59,043 nucleotides of DNA from sequence record DRR723986_9065; one strand, given 5' to 3'. Position 1 is the stretch's first letter. Every line of letters starts with the position of its first letter. Both the position numbers and the translations under genes were made by a program. Under the pieces are notes generated by a model, which was not told the origin of the DNA, made no database searches, and saw nothing but the letters and a program-made list of their open reading frames with translations. Shown here piece by piece: positions 9,348-17,926 of this stretch.

Positions 9348-9830
9348 TCAAGTTGTAGAAACTGAACTTAACAAACCAATTATTGATGTAGTTACTATGT
9401 ATAATTGAGTTTGAGTTTTGTCGTCTAAAACAACCCCGTCCGAATCGGGTGATTCGATCTCTTCAACCATGAATTGCTGCAAATTGGGTTGATTGATAAG
9501 GTCTTGCATAGGTTCATAATCTTCATTGTCATGAATTGCATCTAAAGCAAGTAAATAGGGCTCATGAAACTCTTCAATTGCTTCCATGCTTAGTTCTTTC
9601 AGTTGACAGCCCTGTTGCATGAATGCCTCAATTATAACAGCGTAATAGTAAATCGAATAAACATTCAAATCTTCGTTTTCATACTCTAAACCTGCTTGTA
9701 AAATATAATCTACTAAATGCTGCTGCTTTAATGTATAAGTTTCAATGAGTTTATCTAAAGCTGGTTCATCTAAACTATCAATCTTACTTAAAGCTTTTTG
9801 AATATTTTCTGTGCTGATTTGAGTTGCCAT
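9348..9830 (-). CDS. Hypothetical acidic protein (likely start ATG 9830 rather than 9926)
   Basis: Open frame; a TATTTTTG -7 box lies at 9847-9854 on the minus strand just upstream of ATG 9830; the longer start would overlap the divergent gene. Confidence 0.7.
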   Translation of the reverse strand: MATQISTENIQKALSKIDSLDEPALDKLIETYTLKQQHLVDYILQAGLEYENEDLNVYSIYYYAVIIEAFMQQGCQLKELSMEAIEEFHEPYLLALDAIHDNEDYEPMQDLINQPNLQQFMVEEIESPDSDGVVLDDKTQTQLYIVTTSIIGLLSSVSTT

Positions 9831-9917
9831 GGTTATAATTATGCTACAAAAATAATGATTTATAAACCTTGGATATGTTTTAAAACAACTAAATTTAAAG
9901 ACACCTAAATTCATGTT

Positions 9918-10583
9918 ATGCCTCACTTTTCTAAAGACTATTATGATTTTTTTAAAGAGTTAGCGTCAAACAATAACAAAGATTGGTTTGATCTAAATAG
10001 AGATCGCTACAAAAAATCGGTAAAAGAACCTTTTGATCAATTCATTACAGATCTTATTAATGAGGTAGCGAAAATTGATACGTCAATTGGAATCACTTAC
10101 AAAGAGGCTGTTTTCAGAATTAATCGAGATATCCGTTTTTCTAAAGACAAAACGCCCTATAAATTGAATCGATCAGCAATTATTTCACCCAAAGGAAGAA
10201 AGGATAAATCATTCCCAGGTTTGTATATCGAACTTAGCCCTGAGCATTTTAGAATCTATGGTGGTGTTTATATGCCTGATAAAACTCAACTGTACAATAT
10301 TAGAGAGACGATAACTAGAGACCCTAAGGCTTTAAACAAGTTATTAGGAAATAAAGAATTTATTGAGCTTTTTTCAGAAATAAGAGGCGAAAAAAACAAA
10401 GTTATCCCCAAAGAATTCAAAGAAGCTGGTTCGACTTTTGATCTTATTTACAATAAACAATACTATTGGTATACTGAATTACCTTTAAAAGTAGCCTTGC
10501 AAAAAGACCTAGTTGAAAAAGTAATCCAGGTGTATAAGGTCAACAAACCTATGATGGATTATTTTAGAAAAGCCATGAACTAG
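9918..10583 (+). CDS. DUF2461 family protein
   Basis: FF.EL..NNNKDWF..N..RY, FRINRDIRFSKDKTPYK. Confidence 0.92.
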   Translation: MPHFSKDYYDFFKELASNNNKDWFDLNRDRYKKSVKEPFDQFITDLINEVAKIDTSIGITYKEAVFRINRDIRFSKDKTPYKLNRSAIISPKGRKDKSFPGLYIELSPEHFRIYGGVYMPDKTQLYNIRETITRDPKALNKLLGNKEFIELFSEIRGEKNKVIPKEFKEAGSTFDLIYNKQYYWYTELPLKVALQKDLVEKVIQVYKVNKPMMDYFRKAMN

Positions 10584-11939
10584 ATGAAAGCAGCCTTTTT
10601 AATTATAGCTTTAATTTTAAGCGTTGCTGGTAATGCTCAACATTTATTACCACCTGCAGATTGGACCACAGTTGGACGTATGAAGTTAAAGGATGAGGTA
10701 AAAAGTCCTGCTGTAAATTTTGACGAAAAAAAACGTGAGTTTGGAAATCACTTAAGTGATGATGAGGTTTTGAAATTATTATTGGATGATCAACAGGAGA
10801 ATTTAACAATCCAGTTTTCTGGAAAGGAATACTATTTTAAAAAGCAAATTAAGTTAAAGTCGAATCAATCGATCGTTGGTGCTGGTGCCGGAACCAAGTT
10901 TATTTTTGACTTAGAGAAAGAGCAGCACCTAATTCTAGTTCAAGGTCAAATTACTACCGATACGCTTAAATTAGGTATGGGAGTTGATATGCTCACTGAC
11001 ATCTGTTATTCCGATCGTCCTCTAGATAAAGTGAAATTGGAAGGTTTTTACCTGCTTTCAGACAATGATGAAAAGCTTGTAACGTCTTGGTGGGCTAAGG
11101 GAAAAACGGGTCAAATTGTAAAAATTTCAGAAATCGGTGATGGTTATTTGAGATTTGATGAAGAAGTGAGAAGAGACTTTAACGCGGAGGCCAATCTTGT
11201 TAGAATTCTGCCTGCACAAAATGTTGAAATTTCAAATTTGACCATAATGAATAGGTCTCAAACCGAATCCCAAACCGCGAATGTTTGTTTTAGGTATGCC
11301 TATAATTGCTTGGTGAAAAATGTGAACAGTATTCGTTCAAATTATGCGCACATTTTATTTGAATTTACTGCACACAGCGGAGTTAAACAAAGTAAAATGG
11401 AAAAAGCACATTCTTATGGCAATGGAGGTAAAGGTTATGGAGTGGCATTTCAATTTGCAACATCATCTTGCTTTCTGTATCAATGCAATTTTGACTCTTT
11501 AAGGCATTCTATCTTATTACAGGCGGGCGCAAGCCACAATTACATAGCTTATAACGAATCAAAAAATGCTTATTGGACAGACGTGAAATTGCCCGCAAAA
11601 AGTGCAGGTGATATCGTTTTACACGGTAATTTCACCTACGTAAATCTGTTCGAATTCAATAAATGTCAGACCATAGTGATCGATAATTCTCATGGATTTA
11701 ATGGTCCATATAATACATTTTACAACAACTATGTAAACGGATATGGCATTTGGCAACTAAGAGGTTCTTCATGTGGTCCTCAATACTTTATCAATAATAT
11801 TTTAACTGGAGATAAAGTCCGATTTAGAGCAAAAGACAAAGACTTCCATCAATATAATTCAGTAAATGGTAAGCTGATTAATTCTAAGGATACCAAGCAC
11901 CAATACGAATCTATGATTCAAGGATTCGTGAGGTATTAA
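10584..11939 (+). CDS. Secreted right-handed parallel beta-helix (pectate-lyase-like) protein
   Basis: Signal peptide GNA|Q; DWTTVG; LKSNQSIVGAG; YGNGGKGYGV; LRHSILLQAGASHN.IAYN; DIVLHGN..Y.NLFE.N; GPYNTFYNN. Confidence 0.72.
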   Translation: MKAAFLIIALILSVAGNAQHLLPPADWTTVGRMKLKDEVKSPAVNFDEKKREFGNHLSDDEVLKLLLDDQQENLTIQFSGKEYYFKKQIKLKSNQSIVGAGAGTKFIFDLEKEQHLILVQGQITTDTLKLGMGVDMLTDICYSDRPLDKVKLEGFYLLSDNDEKLVTSWWAKGKTGQIVKISEIGDGYLRFDEEVRRDFNAEANLVRILPAQNVEISNLTIMNRSQTESQTANVCFRYAYNCLVKNVNSIRSNYAHILFEFTAHSGVKQSKMEKAHSYGNGGKGYGVAFQFATSSCFLYQCNFDSLRHSILLQAGASHNYIAYNESKNAYWTDVKLPAKSAGDIVLHGNFTYVNLFEFNKCQTIVIDNSHGFNGPYNTFYNNYVNGYGIWQLRGSSCGPQYFINNILTGDKVRFRAKDKDFHQYNSVNGKLINSKDTKHQYESMIQGFVRY

Positions 11940-12943
11940 ATGACATTGACTTCGCGTTCTAGTTGTATCCCGTAAATTTCTTTCACTGATTTCATGATGT
12001 CCTCAGAAAGCTGATAGATATCACTACCCTTCGCGCCACCATAATTCACCAAAACCAAGGCCTGATTTTTATGGACCCCGTAATTACCAATAGTTTTACC
12101 TTTCCAACCGGCTTGGTCAATTAACCAACCTGCTGCTATTTTGACATGTTTATCATCAACGACATAATGCGCCACATCAGGGAATTCTAGTTTTAATTTT
12201 TCAAATCGTGATTTCGGAATTACTGGGTTCTTAAAAAAGCTTCCAGAATTTCCAATTTCATTAGGGTCGGGTAATTTTGTTTGACGAATATAAATAACGG
12301 CATCACTTACGTCTTTAATTGTTGGAGAGCTAATCCCCATTTCATTTAATCGGGCCTCAATTGCACCGTATGAAGTATTGACTTGACTATTTTTCGTTAA
12401 GGCCAATGTCATGGATATGATGATGTATTTTCCTTTTAAAGCTCGTTTGAAAACAGATTCACGATAGCCAAATTGACAATCTGAATGGCTAAATTTTTTG
12501 ATCTTACCAGTTGCTATTTCATAGGCTTCCAATTCAACGAAAACATCTTTTATTTCAGCACCATAAGCGCCAATATTTTGCATTGGAGCCGCTCCTGCGC
12601 TTCCAGGAATTAATGACATGTTTTCAATGCCACCTAAGCCGTGTTCAATGGCGAAAAGCACAGCATCATGCCAACGTTCGCCTCCCATGATTTTTAAGTG
12701 TGCTCCGGAATTCGTTTCATTGAGGATTTCAATACCTGACATTTCGTTCTTTAATACCAAACATTCAATGTCTTGAGTAATCAACAAATTGCTGCCTCCT
12801 CCAAGTACCATTATCTCCTGATTTCGATCTACTGATAACAACTGGTCTAGGTCTACAACAGATTTAAACGCAGCAAACTTTTTAGCTTTTGCAGATAAGC
12901 CAAAGGTGTTGTACGATTGCAGGTTGACGTTTTGTTGTATCAT
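11936..12943 (-). CDS. murB: UDP-N-acetylenolpyruvoylglucosamine reductase
   Basis: YNTFG, LGGGSNLL, IPGSAGAAPMQNIGAYG, FGYRESVFK, GNSGSFFKNP, HKNQALVLVN, LEREVN. Confidence 0.98.
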   Translation of the reverse strand: MIQQNVNLQSYNTFGLSAKAKKFAAFKSVVDLDQLLSVDRNQEIMVLGGGSNLLITQDIECLVLKNEMSGIEILNETNSGAHLKIMGGERWHDAVLFAIEHGLGGIENMSLIPGSAGAAPMQNIGAYGAEIKDVFVELEAYEIATGKIKKFSHSDCQFGYRESVFKRALKGKYIIISMTLALTKNSQVNTSYGAIEARLNEMGISSPTIKDVSDAVIYIRQTKLPDPNEIGNSGSFFKNPVIPKSRFEKLKLEFPDVAHYVVDDKHVKIAAGWLIDQAGWKGKTIGNYGVHKNQALVLVNYGGAKGSDIYQLSEDIMKSVKEIYGIQLEREVNVI

Positions 12944-12959
12944 GAATCCTATTTCAAAA

Positions 12960-12967
12960 CAAAGCTA
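12960..12967 (-). promoter_or_regulatory. Bacteroidota housekeeping -7 box (TAGCTTTG) for murB
   Basis: Matches TAnnTTTG, 16 nt upstream of the murB ATG. Confidence 0.65.
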
Positions 12968-13208
12968 TACAAGTTGTCGCTGCTAAATAAAAGAACACGG
13001 AGTTTTTATTAATAAGCAGTCGTTAACAGTTCTATTGTTGTTTTTTTTATAAGCATTTTATTAACAACTTCAATTTTTAGAGAACTCAATAAACCAGAGG
13101 ATTACAGGGGGTCTATTTGAAGTTGAAATAGTCAAAGCAGTTTATTGGCAGCTGCTTGGACGAAAGATGCTTGTCTGAAATTCTAAAAATTTGTACCTTA
13201 TCGCCACT

Positions 13209-14060
13209 ATGCTTAGAAAATGCTTTCATACGCTGTTGATTTTGGCTCTTTTTATGCCTCAATTGTCTTTAAGTCAAGATAATAAGGTTGATGCTCAAGG
13301 TAAAAAAACAGGTTATTGGGTTGTTTATGGAAAAGATAAGCCTGATGGAGGACATTGTCCTGATTGCAAAGTTGAAGAAGGTAAGTATGTAGATGGAAGG
13401 AAAGAAGGACCTTGGATTAAGTATTTTGCGGATGGCGTTACACCAAGATTAAAAGCAAACTATAAAGGCGGAAGACCTAATGGTGATTACGAAAAATACC
13501 ACCAAAATGGAGTGCTGAAAGAAAAAGGCACTTATTCCAATAAAAAACAAGTAGGATTGTTCTTGATTCAAAACGAACAAGGAATTGTAACACAGAAGAA
13601 ATCATTTAATGATGATGGTAAGGAAGACGGTGTTACTCAATATTTTTATGATGACGGTTCTATTCAAATGGAAATGACCAAAAAAGATGGAATTATCCAA
13701 GGTACTGCTACAACTTATTGGGAGAATGGTGATGTCAAGAAAGAAATTACCTATGACGCTAACGGAAAAGCTGGTGAACCAATTTTAAAAGATCCAGTAA
13801 ATCCTTTAGATAAAAAAGCTGAGCCTAAAGGGTCTGGAGGACCAGATGGTGGTAAAGGTGTTATTAAAGATGGGTCAAGATACAACCGTGATGGCTATAA
13901 TAAATTGTATAATTCTGATGATGAGCTGTGGATGGACGGAATGTTCAAAAGCGGTAAATTATGGGAAGGTAAATTGTACAAGTACGATTCAGACGGAATT
14001 CTATTAAAGATTGAAGTTTGGAAACTCGGTAAATACCATTCTGACGGGCATTTAGAATAA
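13209..14060 (+). CDS. Secreted MORN-variant repeat protein (YwqK-like repeats)
   Basis: Signal peptide SLS|Q; repeated EG.Y..G.K.G.W..Y / Y..NG.LK..G units; ATG 13209 preferred over TTG 13191. Confidence 0.8.
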   Translation: MLRKCFHTLLILALFMPQLSLSQDNKVDAQGKKTGYWVVYGKDKPDGGHCPDCKVEEGKYVDGRKEGPWIKYFADGVTPRLKANYKGGRPNGDYEKYHQNGVLKEKGTYSNKKQVGLFLIQNEQGIVTQKKSFNDDGKEDGVTQYFYDDGSIQMEMTKKDGIIQGTATTYWENGDVKKEITYDANGKAGEPILKDPVNPLDKKAEPKGSGGPDGGKGVIKDGSRYNRDGYNKLYNSDDELWMDGMFKSGKLWEGKLYKYDSDGILLKIEVWKLGKYHSDGHLE

Positions 14061-14234
14061 AATTTTCTTCGTTTTATTTGAAATTTAGGTAATGATTATG
14101 AGAATTTTCATGATGATACTGTGCTGCATTGTAGAGTTTAAGATTTTTACCACAGAGTACTCAAAGAAGGCACAAAGCACTGTCCTCTGAAACTCTCTTC
14201 TCAGTGACTCCCTTGCTTAAAAAAGAATAAAAAA

Positions 14235-14711
14235 CTACCTATGGCACTTGAAATAATTGAATGGCTCTAAACAATCGTTGCAAGAGTGAAATGACTGACA
14301 AGGTGTCGATCCAAATTGACTCAGCATTTTAGTATTCTCAGATTTACATTTAGGACAAATAACAACTTTATTGTCATCAGTAGGAGGGGAGATGCCTTCG
14401 GCCATCATTTTAGCCTTTGTAGCTTCAGATAACCAATCCGTATTCCAAGCCGGTGATAAAACGGTGTTGATCGTGATGTCTTCAAAGCCTTTTTCAATCA
14501 ATTTCTCTCTGATCAAATCTTCAAACAACTTTTTTGCTGGACAACCTGTGTAGGTTGGCGTGATAGTGATAATTAGTGATTCGTTCTGTTTTTCGACATT
14601 TCTAATTACTCCAAGTTCTACTAGATTAATGATAGGAATTTCAGGGTCAGGAACCTCAGATAGATAATTCCAAATTTCTTGGTGTTCTTTATGAATGTCT
14701 ATTACGACCAT
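14235..14711 (-). CDS. paaD: Phenylacetyl-CoA epoxidase subunit D
   Basis: VPDPEIP.I...ELG, ITPTYTGCPA, LSPAWNTDW, CPKC.S..T...SQFGSTPC....C..C.EPFNYFKCH. Confidence 0.95.
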   Translation of the reverse strand: MVVIDIHKEHQEIWNYLSEVPDPEIPIINLVELGVIRNVEKQNESLIITITPTYTGCPAKKLFEDLIREKLIEKGFEDITINTVLSPAWNTDWLSEATKAKMMAEGISPPTDDNKVVICPKCKSENTKMLSQFGSTPCQSFHSCNDCLEPFNYFKCHR

Positions 14712-15457
14712 TTAGCCTCAGGATAAGCTCTAGGCAAATACTGCATTATACTCAATAAATGTCCAATGTGCTCAGAATGAAAACCGTCTCTAAAATCTCG
14801 CATTGTCAAAGGCTGAATTTCTTTTCGTTCGACATTGATTTCTGACAAAACACGATTGATTTCATCTTGCCAAACTTTTTCAATATTCTCCACATTCGTC
14901 AAATACGTCTTGTCTAATTCATCAAAATTGAAGATTTCTTCAACATATTTCAATAAGTGATCAAAGGCAGCTTGTGTACGTGAATTAGATTCTTCAGTTC
15001 CTAAACCTAATCGATACAACCAATCTCTAGAATGAATCAAGCTGTATTCAATTTCTTTCAATACCTTTTCGCTTAAGCCAACGAGTTGCTCATTTTTTGA
15101 TGATAACAACTGGGTAAATACTTCTTTAGCCCATACGTCATGCATGAATTGTCTTGCCATTGTCCAAGCGAAATCTTCGTTTGGTTGCTCAACCAATTTG
15201 ATATTGTAGTATTCACGCTCGTTTCTTCTGAAAACATAGTCGTCAGGACTAAATTTGTTACCTTCTATACTTGCAATTATTTTATACAGCTCCTCAGCTC
15301 TTCCGAATAAATCAAGAGAACAATTAGAAAGTGCAATGTCTTCCTCTAAAAACGGACCTTTGCTACACAATTCAGCCAACCTTTGCCCAAGAATAAGAGA
15401 AGTATCCGCAATTCTGAATAAAAATTTAGCTTCGTTATTTTCAATTGTAATTTTCAT
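14702..15457 (-). CDS. paaC: Phenylacetyl-CoA epoxidase subunit C
   Basis: ADTSLILGQRL.E....GP.LEEDIAL.N..LDL.G, LVEQPN.DFA, HSEHIGHLL..MQYLPRAYP.AKW. Confidence 0.96.
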   Translation of the reverse strand: MKITIENNEAKFLFRIADTSLILGQRLAELCSKGPFLEEDIALSNCSLDLFGRAEELYKIIASIEGNKFSPDDYVFRRNEREYYNIKLVEQPNEDFAWTMARQFMHDVWAKEVFTQLLSSKNEQLVGLSEKVLKEIEYSLIHSRDWLYRLGLGTEESNSRTQAAFDHLLKYVEEIFNFDELDKTYLTNVENIEKVWQDEINRVLSEINVERKEIQPLTMRDFRDGFHSEHIGHLLSIMQYLPRAYPEAKWS

Positions 15458-15459
15458 GC

Positions 15460-15744
15460 TTATAAATGGTTAACCCCGTCAGGAGTAACGTAAAATGTTG
15501 CGTGTCTGTATGCTTTGTCATCTGCAGGGTCAAAAAATGCATCTGCTTGATCAAGAGGTACAGAAACTATAGCTTCAGTTGGAACTACCCAAAGAGCTCT
15601 TCCTTCACTTCTTCTTGTATATAAATCTCTGGCGTTTTGTACCGCCATTTTTTTGTCGTAAGCGTGAACGTTTCCGACATGTTTAAAAGGTAAACCGGAT
15701 TTTTTCTGAACAAAAACTTCCCAAACTTTATCTCCTTTTTCCAT
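15460..15744 (-). CDS. paaB: Phenylacetyl-CoA epoxidase subunit B
   Basis: WEVFV....G..KHVG.VHA.D..MA.QNARDLYTRRSEG..LWVVP, DK.YRH.TFY. Confidence 0.97.
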   Translation of the reverse strand: MEKGDKVWEVFVQKKSGLPFKHVGNVHAYDKKMAVQNARDLYTRRSEGRALWVVPTEAIVSVPLDQADAFFDPADDKAYRHATFYVTPDGVNHL

Positions 15745-15759
15745 TAGTAATATCTTATT

Positions 15760-16689
15760 TTATGCTACTTGTGCTTCCGTTTTTTCAGCATAAGCTGTTG
15801 CTGCTTCACGAACCCACTTATTATCGTTGTGTGCTTTTTTATGATGGTCTAGACGTTCCTGATTACAAGGCCCATTTCCATTTACAACATTCCAAAATTC
15901 ATCCCAATTAAAAGGACTTGTCTCCCAATGTTGTGTTTCTTCATTGAATTTTAAACCTGGATCTGGAATGGTTAATCCTAGATACTCAGCTTGCGGAACA
16001 GTTCTATCAATGAATCGTTGTCTTAAGTGATCGTTTGATTCTCTCTTGATTTTCCATTCCATTGATTGTCCTTTATGAACAGAATCTGCATCATGAGGCC
16101 CAAACATCATCAAAGCGGGCTCCCAGAATCTATTCAAGGCGTCTTGTGCCATTTCTTTCTGTTCTGGAGTGCCAAAGGCCATTTGACACATAATTTCATA
16201 GCCTTGTCTTTGGTGGAATGATTCTTCTTTACAAATTCTAATCATTGCTCTTGAGTACGGTCCGTAAGACGTACGTTGAAGAGAAACCTGATTAACAATT
16301 GCTGCGCCATCTACTAACCAGCCAACTGCTCCCATGTCTGCCCAAGTTAAAGTTGGGTAATTAAATATTGAAGAATACTTTGCTGTTTGATTGTGCAATT
16401 GCTCAATCATTTCTTGACGAGTTATTCCCAGAGTTTCGGCAACTGAATATAAATAAAGTCCGTGCCCGGCTTCATCTTGAATTTTAGCAAGTAATACTTG
16501 TTTAGATCTTAGTGATGGTGCACGTAATAACCAATTCCCCTCAGGTTGCATACCAATAATCTCGGAATGCGCATGTTGCGAAATTTGACGAATATTGGTT
16601 TGACGATACTTGTCTGGCATCCAATCTCTTGGTTCAACTTTTAAATCATCTGCGATTAATTGGTTGAATGCTTGTTCAAATTTGTCCAT
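15760..16689 (-). CDS. paaA: Phenylacetyl-CoA epoxidase catalytic subunit A
   Basis: EPRDWMP..YR....[37 protein letters not shown] di-iron ligands. Confidence 0.98.
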   Translation of the reverse strand: MDKFEQAFNQLIADDLKVEPRDWMPDKYRQTNIRQISQHAHSEIIGMQPEGNWLLRAPSLRSKQVLLAKIQDEAGHGLYLYSVAETLGITRQEMIEQLHNQTAKYSSIFNYPTLTWADMGAVGWLVDGAAIVNQVSLQRTSYGPYSRAMIRICKEESFHQRQGYEIMCQMAFGTPEQKEMAQDALNRFWEPALMMFGPHDADSVHKGQSMEWKIKRESNDHLRQRFIDRTVPQAEYLGLTIPDPGLKFNEETQHWETSPFNWDEFWNVVNGNGPCNQERLDHHKKAHNDNKWVREAATAYAEKTEAQVA

Positions 16690-16712
16690 ATAAAGTGCTT
16701 TTAAAAGCTAAA

Positions 16713-16720
16713 CAAATATA
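16713..16720 (-). promoter_or_regulatory. -7 box (TATATTTG) for the paaABCD operon
   Basis: Matches TAnnTTTG, 23 nt upstream of the paaA ATG. Confidence 0.6.
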
Positions 16721-16783
16721 AGGCTTTAAAGTTTAATTATTGTGAGGCTTGTTAGATTCAAACCAGACAAATGTCAACTTCAG

Positions 16784-17824
16784 CTATTTGTTGCCGATAA
16801 ATGGAAGTTTTTCTGATCTTCCTTTTTTAAATATTTTATTGCTCACGGTTTTACCTTTTCTGAGCTCTTTTTGTTCTTCTTCTGGTAGTTGGATGATTGA
16901 AATACACTCATCCGTACAGCAGTTCTGCATTTTTTCTCTGCACGAATCGCATTGGATAAATAGTAAATTACAGTGAACATTGGCACAATTTACATGGGTG
17001 TCACAAGGTTCACCACATTGATGACAGTTGGCAATAACATCATCACTAACTCTTTCAGCCATACGATCATCAAAAACGAAATTTTTTCCAATGAATTTGT
17101 TTTCAACTCCTTCTTCCTTGACTTGTCTTACATATTCAATAATTCCGCCTTCTAATTGGTAGACATTTTTTGCCCCGAGATGCTTAAAATAGGCACTGGC
17201 TTTTTCACATCTGATACCACCAGTGCAATACATGACAATGTTCTTATCTTCTTTGTTTTCTTCTACATAATCATTCACTATTTCTGGTAATGAATCTCTA
17301 AAAGTATCTACGTCAGGCGTTATTGCTCCTTCAAAATGACCAATTTCCGTTTCATAATGATTTCGCATATCGATTAGAATCGTATCATCTTGGGCTATCA
17401 ATTCATTAAATTCTTTGGCTTTTAGATGTTTTCCTTTGTTGGTAACATCAAAAGTTTCGTCCGTCAATCCATCCGCAAGTATCTTGTCTCTAACTTTAAT
17501 TTTAAGTTTTAAGAAAGATTTGTTGTATTGTTCAACCGCAACGTTTAATCGGATATTTTTTAGAAATGAAATTGAATCTAAGTGCGTCTTGAATTCTTCG
17601 AATTTAGGCGCCGGTACAGATAACTGCGCGTTAATTCCCTCCTTGGCTACATAGATTCTTCCGAGAACGTCAAGTTCATTCCACGCTACAAATAGGTGAT
17701 TTCTAAAAATTTCAGGATTGTTTAGTTGGTGGTACTGATAAAAAGATATCGTTAATCGATCTTCTCCTGCCTCATCTATGAGTGCAGCTCTTTCTTTCCC
17801 ACTTAGTTTATTGTACAGTTGCAT
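16784..17824 (-). CDS. trhO: tRNA uridine(34) hydroxylase TrhO (rhodanese family)
   Basis: GRIYVAKEGINAQ, DMRNHYETEIGHF, YCTGGIRCEKAS, LEGGII.Y, GKNFVFD.R, C-terminal Cys cluster. Confidence 0.93.
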   Translation of the reverse strand: MQLYNKLSGKERAALIDEAGEDRLTISFYQYHQLNNPEIFRNHLFVAWNELDVLGRIYVAKEGINAQLSVPAPKFEEFKTHLDSISFLKNIRLNVAVEQYNKSFLKLKIKVRDKILADGLTDETFDVTNKGKHLKAKEFNELIAQDDTILIDMRNHYETEIGHFEGAITPDVDTFRDSLPEIVNDYVEENKEDKNIVMYCTGGIRCEKASAYFKHLGAKNVYQLEGGIIEYVRQVKEEGVENKFIGKNFVFDDRMAERVSDDVIANCHQCGEPCDTHVNCANVHCNLLFIQCDSCREKMQNCCTDECISIIQLPEEEQKELRKGKTVSNKIFKKGRSEKLPFIGNK

Positions 17825-17863
17825 GCTATAAATAAGTTAAGTTGAATGTTATTAAATACAGTG

Positions 17864-17871
17864 CAAAGATA
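17864..17871 (-). promoter_or_regulatory. -7 box (TATCTTTG) for trhO
   Basis: Matches TAnnTTTG between the upstream terminator and the trhO ATG. Confidence 0.6.
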
Positions 17872-17879
17872 TATAAACT

Positions 17880-17909
17880 AAAAAAGGGACCCAAATTTGA
17901 GTCCCTTTT
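17880..17909 (-). terminator. Rho-independent terminator of the PKD-protein gene
   Basis: Minus strand AAAAGGGACTCAA-at-TTGGGTCCCTTTTT plus T tail. Confidence 0.85.
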
Positions 17910-17926
17910 CGAAAATTGTTTTCTTA

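Noticed and set aside
13141..13152. TTTATTGGCAGC shared with 27474-27485, both within hairpins
   Set aside because: A single 12-mer match is expected by chance at this window size, and the surrounding stems differ.
13209..14060. Possible toxin-antitoxin system (YwqK-like antitoxin)
   Set aside because: Only MORN-variant repeats with a signal peptide; no adjacent toxin gene.
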